DNA of 64,000 nucleotides, taken from assembly GCF_964355755.1 (NCBI RefSeq), contig NC_092670.1, positions 40,226,388 through 40,290,387 of the forward strand, read 5' to 3'. The notes beneath the pieces were generated by a model that was given only the letters and a program-made list of their open reading frames with translations, did no database searches and was not told the origin of the DNA. Positions 13,978-28,900 of this stretch are shown in pieces. The stretch is from Antedon mediterranea (Eukaryota > Animalia > Echinodermata). A program made the translations under genes and the position numbers. Within the stretch, counting starts at the first letter, position 1. Each line of letters starts with the position of its first letter.

Positions 13978-16900
13978 CTGAAATTCTTGTGGCATAAGTT
14001 TTCCTTCTCTTGCCTTTTCTGCCAAATTTCTAACATTATTGCTAATAGTTGATAATCCCTAAAAGAAATAAACAGTACAGAACAAATGGTTAATTAGGCA
14101 ATAATAACTTTTAAAACTTAAGCTCTGTCTACACTATCAAACGTTATGTGTTGAAAAAGTTTGATGTGCCCAAATATGGTAGTGCTATGCCCAAATATGG
14201 TAGTGATATGACATCATCATGTCCATATATGGGCACATCACATTTTTTTGACACATAAAGTTTGATAGTGTAGAGAGAGCTTAATGTGTATTTCATTGAA
14301 GCTCCCAGTATACTGCATTGGTACCCAATTAAACTGGGGATACAGAGGCAAAAGAATGCACACAAACCAAGAGGACACCGGATATTTAAAATCTTCAATC
14401 CTCATATTCAAGGAACCGGAACTTCACCAGCTGAACAAAACATAATATATTGTTTACATTTTTCAGTCGACTATATAAAACCGACTTGAATAATACTAAT
14501 AGATACAAATTAAATTAAATGAAATTATCCATTTAATGAATGGTTGTATGTTCTAAATAACAATTAGTATTATTAGTTGATCAATTAGTTTGGTGGAATA
14601 ACTGATATTGTGAAATTAATGGCCATCTTACGATCGTATTTAAATTGTTATTCCCGTTGTGGTTTATTAATTTGGATGTTTCTACAGCAGATTCCCATTC
14701 ATTACAATATCAGTTGCCCTGTCTCTTTGAAAACTAGGTCATTTATGAAGGAATAAGCAATTATAATATACTATGATTCCTTGTCTAAACTCTATGCTTA
14801 TACGTATAGTATATAACCTTCGACCTAAATCAACCACTGGTTATCTCATCATTTGTTGCTATATAAACTACAACTTTTAAAGCATTTATGCTTTTTATCG
14901 TATTTTAACATTTAAATTCCAAAAAACTACTTTTTAAACTTACGTTTTTGTGGAATAATGAGATATTTAGACTTAGTCTCTGTCATTATGCATTACAAAT
15001 TAATAATATTCCAGTGTCACCAACCAGTGCTATCTGGATTGCAATATGTAATTTTAAAGGTTTTATCATTTTAAAAGAAGATTTATAAATTTTCTTGTTT
15101 TAACGTGTTGCTGCTATTGTTATGTGATTTTACCATTTTATATATTTCATATTTCAACTTTTAAATGGACTCATACTTACTGTACAACCTATTTTAAGGT
15201 TTTATTGAGTTCCATTTTCGTCAGTCATTATAAATGTCTTTTTATTGTACTCATGTTTTTTTAATGAAATAATAAAAACAAAATTAAAAAGATACATAGA
15301 GCAAAATGAGAAAATAACTCAAATGAAGACAGCTTTTGAATCTATTTAAAAACTTTTACAAACTTACATTCTTTTGACACTCATGTAAAGAGGTATGTAG
15401 GCAATTTTGACAAAGTTTCTGAAACGCCATAGCACTGTGTATGGAGGACGGAGCCAAATTCAAAGGGATACGTCGGGTCATTCATGATTGTGTATATTTT
15501 GAGTGCAACCCATGGTATACCTGAGGGAGTTTAGAAATCAGATTTGTAAACTGGATATCTGCATAGTAAATTTGACAGGTCTTTCCCCCTTCAGCTTATT
15601 GCATATTTGAATATATCAAGTTTAAAATATTTCTTGATTTTGTAAGCCTACAAGAGTTTGGAATGATGATTGATGTGAGCATCAGGTAGTGGTTGGGATT
15701 TAATCCTCATTTCATGAGGGCATGGTTGTGAGTTACATTTCTAGGATAAATTGTAATTTATATGAAAATGTCTTGGTATTTATGGAACGTACTTTAAACA
15801 AACAGGAGTGGATACTTAGTAGTTAACATACATACAATACAACTATGGTGAATGTGAACAATGTACAGTAATGTATGTGATAGAACATAAATATAAAACT
15901 GTAGAAAAAGCATAGTCACTATCATTCCTGTAGAAGTTGCATTCTAAAGGTTAAATGTTTTGTTTTTTTTACTTTTTGCCAACTTCCAATAAAAATAATT
16001 TTCCTCCATAATAACAACAACCACACTGTGCTCAACAGCACACAATAACCACACTGTGCTCAACAACCACACTGTGCTCAACAACCACACTGTGCTCAAC
16101 AACCACACTGTGCTCAACAGCACACAATAACCACACTGTGCTCAACAACCACACTGTGCTCAACAACCACACTGTGCTCAACAACCACACTGTGCTCAAC
16201 AGCACACAACAACACAAATAGAAACAAATTTGTCACATTTTAAAGAACATTTCTTTGACATGACAATCATACTGTACTCTATAATTTGTATCCATTTTCA
16301 TTCAAATATTATTTCCATATCGATATTAGACCTTTATTATTGTAATCAATAAAATTATGGATTTTGTAACTTTTTAACATTTAGGGTAAAAATCTATAAA
16401 TAATCATCAATTGTGAAAATAATTACTTAACATTTACATCAATAATACGCTGAATAAAATCAATGACAAGGAACCGTATTATGAATGTAATCCTACTTGA
16501 CATTGTTACAAAATTTAAACAGAAGTTAGGGGCAACAATAATCCATAATAAACCTCAATTTATTTAAGAGTAAGTAGTTTAAATTATTATGATTCTAGTT
16601 ACAAACAAGAATTAAAGTCTTAGACATTTAAACAAAATAAACAATAATATTTAATGTATGATACTACAGTATATAGAACTATAGAAAATTATTTTACAAA
16701 TTCTGTCATGAAAATACCGCTCTTTTTAATCCGTATTCTAGTCTTACTCAGTAAGACTAGATATTCAAACTCTAACATACCAATCAAGATCAATTAATTC
16801 CATAAAACTAGGGATATGTTCAAATATGTCATCAAAAAGTTATTGAAAAGGGAACTCAACATAAACTTTAGCTTTTAAGCTTAAGTTCATCAGATCTTCC

Positions 16901-19900
16901 TATTTAGTTCTGACAATAACGCTTTTCAGGTTGAATTGTTTTTCAATAAGCAAATTTTAAAATAATGATTATTTGTTTTTTGTAAGGTTAATACTTCTTT
17001 TTATTGATCTATTCTGTCTATACTGAATGATACTTTCAGTGCTAAATCATTGATTTCCAAAGTGGTTCAGTAGTTGAGTATCAGCATTGCCGGTAAACTT
17101 TTAAGCAGAATGTATTGTTTTGTCCAATTGATATTGTCTATTTAGAGAGGGAATCATTCTATTTGTTTAAAAGCTTTATTTTTAATATGAAAATTATTTA
17201 CCTCGGGAAATAAATCAATTTATTTTTAATCTGAAAATAAACTTCTGGAAATAAATCAATTTTCTCCCATTGGTTGATGGTTGGTTTTTAAGAAGCAAAT
17301 CTAAATGTTTGTAAACATTAGTCAGTATTCTTTCTTTGTTAAACAATTCCAAGTAAACTTTGAATGGGATTAGATGATTAAGTAGGATTAGTAGGATTAA
17401 GATAAGGTAATTTACCTTATTCATCAGAAGTACAAGTAGAACTAAAATCAAACATAACTGAAGAGATCAGTTAATAATAGTAAGATTAGTTATGTGAATA
17501 AGCAGTCACTTAATGACCTGTTAAGTGGTGATGAGTACAACAAACATATGAAAAACATGTCAAAAGCACTTCCTTATCTATTAACAATAATCCGGCTAAT
17601 AACGCTTAAATATGGGATTTCAAATAGAAAGATAACACGAGTTTACCAGCTTCCGTAATGCATTTAAAGTTAGGCAATTCCACTCAAATTATCATCAATG
17701 TAAATTGGTAATGTATACGACTCTAAAAGCGTTCATAGCGATTTCTTGGTAATTTGTAAATTGTAATATGCAACAAAAACCAAATTACTTATTTATCTCT
17801 TTAGTCATTCTTTCAACAATTGAGCCAGCCTATAATAGAACATCTTAAGCCTATCAAACTTTATGTGACAACAAAAATGTGATGTGCCCATATATGGACA
17901 TGATGATGACTGTCATATCACTATCATATTTGGGCACATCTTTTTTTGTCAAAATAGTTTGATAGTGTAGATAGCTTTAGAATCTTGCTCATCCAACTGA
18001 TGGGCCAGATATTTATATTATCTATTTATAAGCGGAATTATTGTTTTTGTTTTACCAAAGTGATTAACTTTATTAAAACTGCAAAATGGCCATTTTTCAT
18101 GTTTTTGAAGGATAAAAAACCTTTATACAATACGTCGTGAGCTGTATCCTGAATGATCGCACGATCAAATTGATATTGGGTATGATCAACTAGCGATCAT
18201 GTTCCCACCTAATAATACATCTTTAAACGCTGTGAGGTGTTTCTCGAATGACCGCACGATAAAACGATAAAAACGATATTGTTTATGATCAACTACTGTT
18301 CATGTTCCCACCTAATAATATGTTTTGAGATTAACTTCAATGACCACAGAAATACAGTATCATAAATGGATTCTCCAAATTTAAAAAAAGCAATCAACCA
18401 TTTATCATTGTTCCGTTATACTGTCTCCAAAAACAGTCACAAACTGTTCACAAAAAGTGACTTAAACACAAGATGGTTCTTAAATTTTGTCAAATGTCAA
18501 AATTAATTTATTTTGTATTCAATTGTACTAGATTAATTAATATTAGAAACTCCATATTTTATTTAAACAACTTAAAGAAGATCTATACAACAATAATTTG
18601 CATAAAATATGGGACTTATTCACGTCAAGCTCACCTGAACTTAAATATCACCTTTTTTTTGACTAGAAATTCATTAAGAATATCAAATCCAATGTATAAA
18701 CAATATTAACTATGTATTAGCAAGTAACATCTTTGACAAATATTGTAAATTATTTTTAACAACTGCATGGAAAGAACGCAACGAAATTTATACTATCCGT
18801 CCATAACAATCTTTTACTTTTCGCTCAAATGTATTGAATGTATTTTTATAACCTAATGTTTATATACTTTTTAGTGTAATAATTTATAATGTTTGTATTT
18901 GATTGTGTAGTAAAGATAAGTCCATATTTATTTTTTTGTTGTTGCACATCTCTTGAGAATTGTGCCTTTGTTATAAAAGAGAAACAATAAAGTTATTATT
19001 ATTATTAACAAGTGGAATCATTCACAGAGATTAGTCGATAAAATGTGTTCACTGTTAAACCCTATACAAACTTGACATTATTATACTTATCTGCTTTGTT
19101 TTGTTCAACATGAGATAAGATGAACTGACTTACTACAGTATTCATGATAATGAATATTTTATGATAAAATATTTAAATTTTGATTCACAGGAGTAAAAGA
19201 TCCGAAAAAAAATGTGAATTTGTTGTTCATGATTGAGGTTATCTTACAGTTGAACCACAATTCATTGTGAATCGTTTACAGACCATTCGTAAAAACGTGT
19301 AGCACAGTGTGTTCCAAGTCGGACGCAAGACCGGAGTACAATGAAACTTTACTTATGTTTGCCTCTCTACATTAAGGTGTACAGATAGGTACCTGATAAG
19401 GTCACAAACTGCCCTGATTACTAGCTACAACATTATGAAAATAGATTTCCATACATGTTTAAAAAATAACCGGTGTAATAATGTGAAGCACTTATATGAG
19501 AACGACATATTATTATTTACAAAGGTCATTAAAATCTTTATCTCTATATATTATGACCTGAAATATTAAATAACAATAACATGCTCTGTCTGCATTCTGC
19601 CAGGTATTTTGCTTTATTTTAATAAATTTAGGAATATTTATCTAAATTTATCCTCGGCAAAAGACACATCTTTCTATAAACAAATTCACATCGATAAAAA
19701 CAGAACAAGATTTTAAACAGATCATGCAGATGACATTTGCTAAAACATTAAGAAAACATTAAGAAGGTATTGATGTAGGAATGAAACAAACAGAATCAAT
19801 CATAAAGGTCACATGACAGACAACATAATGGACATCATGAGACTCTGAGGTGTTCAATTAAAAAACAACAGCAAATAGCTAAAAAGTGCATACCAATATG

Positions 19901-22900
19901 GACTTAGAAGATATGAGGTTTACAGATAATGATAAAATATGTGGTTACAGATAATGATAAAATGTCTGGTTACAGATAATGATAAAATGTCTGATTACAG
20001 ATAATGATAAAATATGTGGTTACAGATAATGATAAAATATGTGGTTACAGATAATGATAAAATGTCTGATTACAGATAATGATAAAATGTCTGGTTACAG
20101 ATAATGATAAAATGTCTGATTACAGATAATGATAAAATGTCTGATTACAGATAATGATAAAATATGTGGTTACAGATAATGATAAAATATGTGGTTACAG
20201 ATAATGATAAAATATGTGGTTACAGATAATGATAAAATATGTGGTTACAGATAATGATAAAATGTCTGATTACAGATAATGATAAAATGTCTGGTTACAG
20301 ATAATGATAAAATGTCTGATTACAAATAATGATAAAATGTCTGATTACAGATAATGATAAAATATGTGGTTACAGATAATGATAAAATATGTGGTTACAG
20401 ATAATGATAAAATATGTGGTTACAGATAATGATAAAATATGTGGTTACAGATAATGATAAAATATGTGGTTACAGATAATGATAAAATGTCTGATTACAG
20501 ATAATGATAAAATGTCTGATTACAGATAATGATAAAATATGTGGTTACAGATAATGATAAAATATGTGCAGTTAAAATGCAAATTCAATTGGAAACAACT
20601 AAAGGAGAAATCATTACCCTTTAAAAATTGTTTTTTTATAAACATCATCAAACAGAAAATACAGGCATATCCCAGGGTATAGTTGACTTTTGGTCTGGAT
20701 GTAGACCTTTTTCTAGCCAATTCAGATGAGTTTTTACAAGAAATGCTTACCAATCATTTTTTTTCCCTGAACCAGGGTTTCCCCGGGTATAGTCCCAGTA
20801 TTGACTTGGTATAGTCTCCATCCGAAGGGGTAATTATACCAGCTTATACAGTATTTAAATTTGGTTCTTATTCTCATTAAACTCACCAAACCTAAGTGTG
20901 TGTTTATGTGAAGTGGGGTTTATCTATCAAACCAGGAAGAGTGAATTTCACTCTTCCCTGAGTCAATTTCACTCTTCCCTGATCAATCGCAATATAAATG
21001 AACAATTTACCTTAGAGTCGGCATTAAATACGATTGGTGTAATGAGACCATTATCAGTTTGAACGGCAACACAAAGATCCACTTGATTAAATCTAGAAAA
21101 AAAAACAAGAAAACAATTTGAAGAATGTAGGTTGCAAGAAACCCAACAGCAAACGTTATCACTTTGTAGACATGAAATAATGTGAATTTAGCATAGAGAA
21201 TATAGGATGCACCGTCCAAGAACACCAACAACAAATTGTATTACTTTATAGACATGAAATAATGTGAATTTAGCATATAATGTAGGTTTTAAGTGAAACC
21301 AGATAAGCTATACATTAACCTTATTGATCAATAGTAATGTATTTCAAGTATTGATTTGTGTGCAATATTTAGTTTCATGTGTTTTTATTATTAGTAAAAC
21401 GGTTTAACTGGATCTCTATGTAAAGTTTTTTTTTTATTCAAATATAATTTATTGTTCTGGGAATAACTTCACCAGTATAGCATAGCAAAAAGCTATACAA
21501 AACAACCTTATTGCTAAACATTTCTAAAATTGTGTAGCAAAAAAAACAATACAAAACTATGTTTCTTGACTAAAAAATCAATTTGATTAGCAATATTGCT
21601 AAACAAAATTATAAAATGAATTTGTCCCTGTTGTTTGAATGTTTGTACAGTATATTAAAATATTTTTTATTATTAAACAGAAACCCAAGAAATTTCATGA
21701 TGAAAGAATTGGAGTTTATTTAATTGAATTTTACTTTAATAAATAACTCTTACAAAGTTATGAATACATTATAACAAGCATGTAATTAATATGTACCGGT
21801 AATTAAATGATAAATTAAAATGTGTAATAATAAAGTACTTACAAATTTTGATCTAGTAAATTAAATTACAACAATATTCTATTAATATATACAGATTGAC
21901 GAATCATTTCTAATCCTTAATTTAAATAAATATTTGGTAGATGCCTGTAATCATAAATAATAAGGCTTAAATAGTTGAATAATTTATGTAATTTGCTCAG
22001 TATATGACAGAGTATAATCCTAAGCTCAAATATAATCCCACCCCTTAATTTAGGCTAAATTTGGAAATAAGATTTTGGTAAATTCCACTGTTAGTTCAAT
22101 CAAAAGCATGATGTAAGAAGCAAAATGAAGTGTCAAAACTTCCGGTTTAAATTTTATTCCCACTTCAGCAGCCTACGTGCGTAGAAACTCAATGTGTCAC
22201 TCCTCATGTAATGCACTACACACATTATGTCAACATTAACAAGTTAAGAACTCAATGTGTCACTCCTCATGTAATGTACTACACACATTATGTCAACATT
22301 AACAAGTTAAGAACTCAATGTGTCACTCCTCATGTAATGTACTACACACATTATGTCAACATTAACAAGTTAAGAACTCAATGTGTCACTCCTCATGTAA
22401 TGCACTACACACATTATGTCAACATTAACAAGTTAAGAACTCAATGTGTCACTCCTCATGTAATGTACTACACACATTATGTCAACATTAACAAGTTAAG
22501 AACTCAATGTGTCACTCCTCATGTAATGTACTACACACATTATGTCAACATTAACAAGTTAAGAACTCAATGTGTCACTCCTCATGTAATGCACTACACA
22601 CATTATGTCAACATTAACAAGTTAAGAACTCAATGTGTCACTCCTCATGTAATGTACTACACACATTATGTCAACATTAACAAGTTAAGAACTCAATGTG
22701 TCACTCCTCATGTAATGTACTACACACATTATGTCAACATTAACAAGTTAAGAACTCAATGTGTCACTCCTCATGTAATGCACTACACACATTATGTCAA
22801 CATTAACAAGTTAAGAACTCAATGTGTCACTCCTCATGTAATGTACTACACACATTATGTCAACATTAACAAGTTAAGAACTCAATGTGTCACTCCTCAT

Positions 22901-25900
22901 GTAATGCACTACACACATTATGTCAACATTAACAAGTTAAGAACTCAATGTGTCACTCCTCATGTAATGCACTACACACATTATGTCAACATTAACAAGT
23001 TAAGAACTCAATGTGTCACTCCTCATGTAATGCACTACACACATTATGTCAACATTAACAAGTTAAGAACTCAATGTGTCACTCCTCATGTAATGCACTA
23101 CACACATTATGTCAACATTAACAAGTTAAGAACTCAATGTGTCACTCCTCATGTAATGTACTACACACATTATGTCAACATTAACAAGTTAAGAACTCAA
23201 TGTGTCACTCCTCATGTAATGCACTACACACATTATGTCAACATTAACAAGTTAAGAACTCAATGTGTCACTCCTCATGTAATGCACTACACACATTATG
23301 TCAACATTAACAAGTTAAGAACTAAATGTGTCACTCCTCATGTAATGCACTACACACATTATGTCAACATTAACAAGTTAAGAACTCAATGTGTCACTCC
23401 TCATGTAATGCACTACACACATTATGTCAACATTAACAAGTTAAGAACTCAATGTGTCACTCCTCATGTAATGCACTACACACATTATGTCAACATTAAC
23501 AAGTTAAGAACTCAATGTGTCACTCCTCATGTAATGCACTACACACATTATGTCAACATTAACAAGTTAAGAACTCAATGTGTCACTCCTCATGTAATGC
23601 ACTACACACATTATGTCAACATTAACAAGTTAAGAACTCAATGTGTCACTCCTCATGTAATGCACTACACACATTATGTCAACATTAACAAGTTAAGAAC
23701 TCAATGTGTCACTCCTCATGTAATGCACTACACACATTATGTCAACATTAACAAGTTAAGAACTCAATGTGTCACTCCTCATGTAATGCACTACACACAT
23801 TATGTCAACATTAACAAGTTAAGAACTCAATGTGTCACTCCTCATGTAATGTACTACACACATTATGTCAACATTAACAAGTTAAGAACTCAATGTGTCA
23901 CTCCTCATGTAATGCACTACACACATTATGTCAACATTAACAAGTTAAGAACTCAATGTGTCACTCCTCATGTAATGCACTACACACATTATGTCAACAT
24001 TAACAAGTTAAGAACTCAATGTGTCACTCCTCATGTAATGCACTACACACATTATGTCAACATTAACAAGTTAAGAACTCAATGTGTCACTCCTCATGTA
24101 ATGTACTACACACATTATGTCAACATTAACAAGTTAAGAACTCAATGTGTCACTCCTCATGTAATGTACTACACACATTATGTCAACATTAACAAGTTAA
24201 GAACTCAATGTGTCACTCCTCATGTAATGTACTACACACATTATGTCAACATTAACAAGTTAAGAACTCAATGTGTCACTCCTCATGTAATGCACTACAC
24301 ACATTATGTCAACATTAACAAGTTAAGAACTCAATGTGTCACTCCTCATGTAATGTACTACACACATTATGTCAACATTAACAAGTTAAGAACTCAATGT
24401 GTCACTCCTCATGTAATGTACTACACACATTATGTCAACATTAACAAGTTAAGAACTCAATGTGTCACTCCTCATGTAATGTACTACACACATTATGTCA
24501 ACATTAACAAGTTAAGAACTCAATGTGTCACTCCTCATGTAATGTACTACACACATTATGTCAACATTAACAAGTTAAGAACTCAATGTGTCACTCCTCA
24601 TGTAATGCACTACACACATTATGTCAACATTAACAAGTTAAGAACTCAATGTGTCACTCCTCATGTAATGTACTACACACATTATGTCAACATTAACAAG
24701 TTAAGAACTCAATGTGTCACTCCTCATGTAATGTACTACACACATTATGTCAACATTAACAAGTTAAGAACTCAATGTGTCACTCCTCATGTAATGCACT
24801 ACACACATTATGTCAACATTAACAAGTTAAGAACTCAATGTGTCACTCCTCATGTAATGCACTACACACATTATGTCAACATTAACAAGTTAAGAACTCA
24901 ATGTGTCACTCCTCATGTAATGCACTACACACATTATGTCAACATTAACAAGTTAAGAACTCAATGTGTCACTCCTCATGTAATGCACTACACACATTAT
25001 GTCAACATTAACAAGTTAAGAACTCAATGTGTCACTCCTCATGTAATGCACTACACACATTATGTCAACATTAACAAGTTAAGAACTCAATGTGTCACTC
25101 CTCATGTAATGTACTACACACATTATGTCAACATTAACAAGTTAAGAACTCAATGTGTCACTCCTCATGTAATGTACTACACACATTATGTCAACATTAA
25201 CAAGTTAAGAACTCAATGTGTCACTCCTCATGTAATGCACTACACACATTATGTCAACATTAACAAGTTAAGAACTCAATGTGTCACTCCTCATGTAATG
25301 CACTACACACATTATGTCAACATTAACAAGTTAAGAACTCAATGTGTCACTCCTCATGTAATGCACTACACACATTATGTCAACATTAACAAGTTAAGAA
25401 CTCAATGTGTCACTCCTCATGTAATGTACTACACACATTATGTCAACATTAACAAGTTAAGAACTCAATGTGTCACTCCTCATGTAATGTACTACACACA
25501 TTATGTCAACATTAACAAGTTAAGAACTCAATGTGTCACTCCTCATGTAATGTACTACACACATTATGTCAACATTAACAAGTTAAGAACTCAATGTGTC
25601 ACTCCTCATGTAATGTACTACACACATTATGTCAACATTAACAAGTTAAGAACTCAATCTGAAACTAAGTTCTGTTTTTGGTAACATTTCATAGAGAAAG
25701 GAAATCCGTTTGCTATGTCAATCAATCAACTAATCAATAATCAATCAATCATCAATCAATAATCAATCAATCAGTGTTTATTACAAAAAAGATAAGATTT
25801 GATATCTACAATTCAAATTAGAACATGAAATAGTACCACAGGTACAGAAAACTAAGACAGAAACACATCCAAAATGATGACACAAAAATATTCTTCTACA

Positions 25901-28900
25901 CATATTGTTTTTTTTAATGTGTATATAATTTGTGCCAGTGGAAATTAAATTACACTCTAAAAATAAGTGGACAAATAAACAATTATTATTATATATTACA
26001 AGATATTAAATTATTAGTATTAATTTATTAAAGATTGTCCCCCTAAAAAAATAATTATTAGACATTTTCTGTTACATATGCCATTTTAATGTCACATATA
26101 GTTATCCACTTTGACCAAAAATTAGATCCAAAAAAAATATAATTACCTGAAAAAACGGTAATTTAAAGCAAAAAAACAGTCAAATTGGCTGCCAGCCAAT
26201 GGATTTTTGGTTGAATTTAACCATTTATTTTCTAATTTTAAAACATCTAATTTGTGATGGAAACCGAAACAATATAAGATTTCCTTATTATTATGTTTAA
26301 CCTAAAATATAAACTTGTTTGTAAATTTAAATTATAAATAAAATGTGCATAAAAATGTCTTTGTATGGCATCAACTTACTGTCTAATTTTATCGTCCATC
26401 CATGATGAGTTAGCTTCCGGTTGTTTCATGCATGCTAGGGCGGACGCTTTAATCACAAAATCATTCACAGACAGCTTGCTTCCATCAGATTCCAAAATTG
26501 AATTTAATTCTTTTCTTAATCTGCAAAATGTGGAGAAATAAAAGAACTTATTAGAAATTAGGTTGAGAACTATTTAAACTGGAGGGGAATCCAGTATGCA
26601 ACTTTATTCTATCAAACATGAAGTAAGTGTATTTTTTCTTTTAATGAATTTTATTAATTTTATAAAATTAATTAAAAGAAAAATTCCTGAAAATGGCTGT
26701 GGGTTAACATTACAGTATATAAGATCATAAACAAGCAAAAGAAATTTATAATCAGGCAAAAATACCAAATAATTTCATGACTGAAGTAAAATGTTTAAAA
26801 TTAAGTCCTGTCTACACTATCAAACTTTATGTGACAACAAAATGTGATGTGCCCATATATGGACATGATGATGTCATATCACTACCATATTTGGGTACAT
26901 CTGTTTTTGTCAAACTAGTTTGATAGTGTAGACAGAGCTTTTAGAAGGCAAGCATTATGAATACCATGATGATGTCATATCACTACCATATTTGGGAACA
27001 TCTGTTTTTGTCAAACTAGTTTGATAGTGTGGACAGAGCTTTAAAAGGCAAGCATATGAACACTTTAGTCACAAAAGTCTTGTCTATCAAAATGTATTTA
27101 ATTGATTCTGATATGAAAGGTTGGATCAATCGTCAGAAATCTGAACGCCTAAAGTAATGCATTCATTGATTTTAATTCCCACACATCTATTTAATATTCC
27201 CCTTAAATACATAGAATATTTTAACAAATGTTTATATGCATAGCATTATTTAATTATAAAAAATAGCTTTTTGAAACACCTACAACTTCTAGTGCTACAG
27301 TAACTATAGATACAGTAACTATAGATAAAGTGACAGAAATCATTTTAATCACGTTTTTTTTAGAAAATAAATGTAAGTGTCATAATTATTATTTATTATT
27401 TGTGAGTGACATGCGATGATTATATAGATTTTTTTTATAAATCAAATTTAATAATAATTCATCTTTTTAATTCAAATTCTATACAGCCTTTGTAACATGT
27501 GAAAAATTGTTTTTAGTAAATAACTATCAATAGGCTCTTTTAACGAGTACCTCCGCAAGTGTGTCTTTAAAATAAGAGTTGTGAAAAGTGAATACGATTT
27601 TGTTAGGTGTACTACACAGTATCCGTTAACTTTACTAAATGGAGAAAAATTCATTTGCGTTCCATATTAAAATGTTGATATTATGAAATAAAGTTACCAG
27701 TAACAACATTCAATAGGTTTATATGCTAATTTGTTTGTTTATTTGTTTGTTTACTCCCTGATTTTCCAGAAAGATGTCGTGATGTGGTTTACCATGTGTG
27801 TTTGTATTTTTCTTCCTATATTTTTTAACAGTATTTATTACTCAACAAATTATTTTAAAGGATGATTTCATAGCTGTATGAAAACACGTCATTCAATTTT
27901 CACATGCCTAGACGGAGGTTTGCGCTCTCTGAGTGTCCTTCTAGTTTGTAATTGGACACCCACTTTTATCATTCTATATTACTGATGTAAACAAACAAGA
28001 ATTTATTGTATAAATCTCAGGCTCTGTTTACACTATCAAACTTTATGTGACACAAAATGTGATGTGCCCATATATGGACATGATGATGCCTTATCACTAC
28101 CATATTTGGGCACACTTTTTAAACTAGTTTGATAGGGTAGAAAGAGCTATAACCAAATCATTACAATCAATGACATTATTGTAATGATACGGAACCTATG
28201 ATGAATATAGTAAACTTAATCCTGTCATGGGACATTCAAAATTACTTTTGTATTCAATGATAATTAATGACTATGAATTAAGTACATTCCTAATTCATTG
28301 ATCATTTCCTAATTACGGTGTAACCTGGAAAAAATGTTTAATTTAAGTTTGTACTAGTTATTCCACAAATGAATAGCATATTTATCATTATTTTGACTTG
28401 TTTAGTATTATTATATAAATGATGAATATGAATCATACCTACTGTCATAACTGTAAGGAAACTTATTATGCGTCATATTGGGAACATTTCAGTGAATTAA
28501 AGTTTGGTGAGTCACTGTACACTAAGCCTTGTCTACACTATCAAACTTTATGTGACAAAAAAATGTGATGTGCCCATATATGGACATGATGATGTCATAT
28601 CACTACCAAACTAGTTTGATAATGTAGACAGAGCTTTAGGGTATTAGTATTTGGATTAAAGTATGGTTGAGAATCCTACACCAGTCTTCTGAAGAATTTG
28701 GGAGAGTTGCTGTGAACCCTAATAATACTAGATATATAAAGCACACATATCCACTCCGCTCAAGGCGCCTAACTGTAAACTAGTTTAAACAATATTCCAA
28801 TCTCTCCCAATGTGTGAACTTGCTATTGTTTCTAGCTTTCACACCAGTCCCACCCTATTCCATTTATATTCCCTGTTTCATGGACTTTCTGCATTCTTAC

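Noticed and set aside
15366-15745. Coding-looking minus-strand segment ([11 protein letters not shown]) ending at a GTAAGT
   Set aside because: Multiple stops and no recognisable domain; possibly a decayed retroelement but unsupported.
22230-22255. U12 branch-like TTCTTAAC in each 63-bp unit (minus strand)
   Set aside because: The host intron has a U2 donor and the nearest AG is farther than typical; coincidental.
22211-25684. 1157-aa repetitive ORF, or CRISPR-like array
   Set aside because: Pure 63-bp tandem repeat with no unique spacers, in a eukaryotic intron, with no cas genes.
27095-27136. Possible minus-strand hammerhead (CUGACGA followed by a UUGAU/AUCAA stem)
   Set aside because: No GAAA box after the stem.
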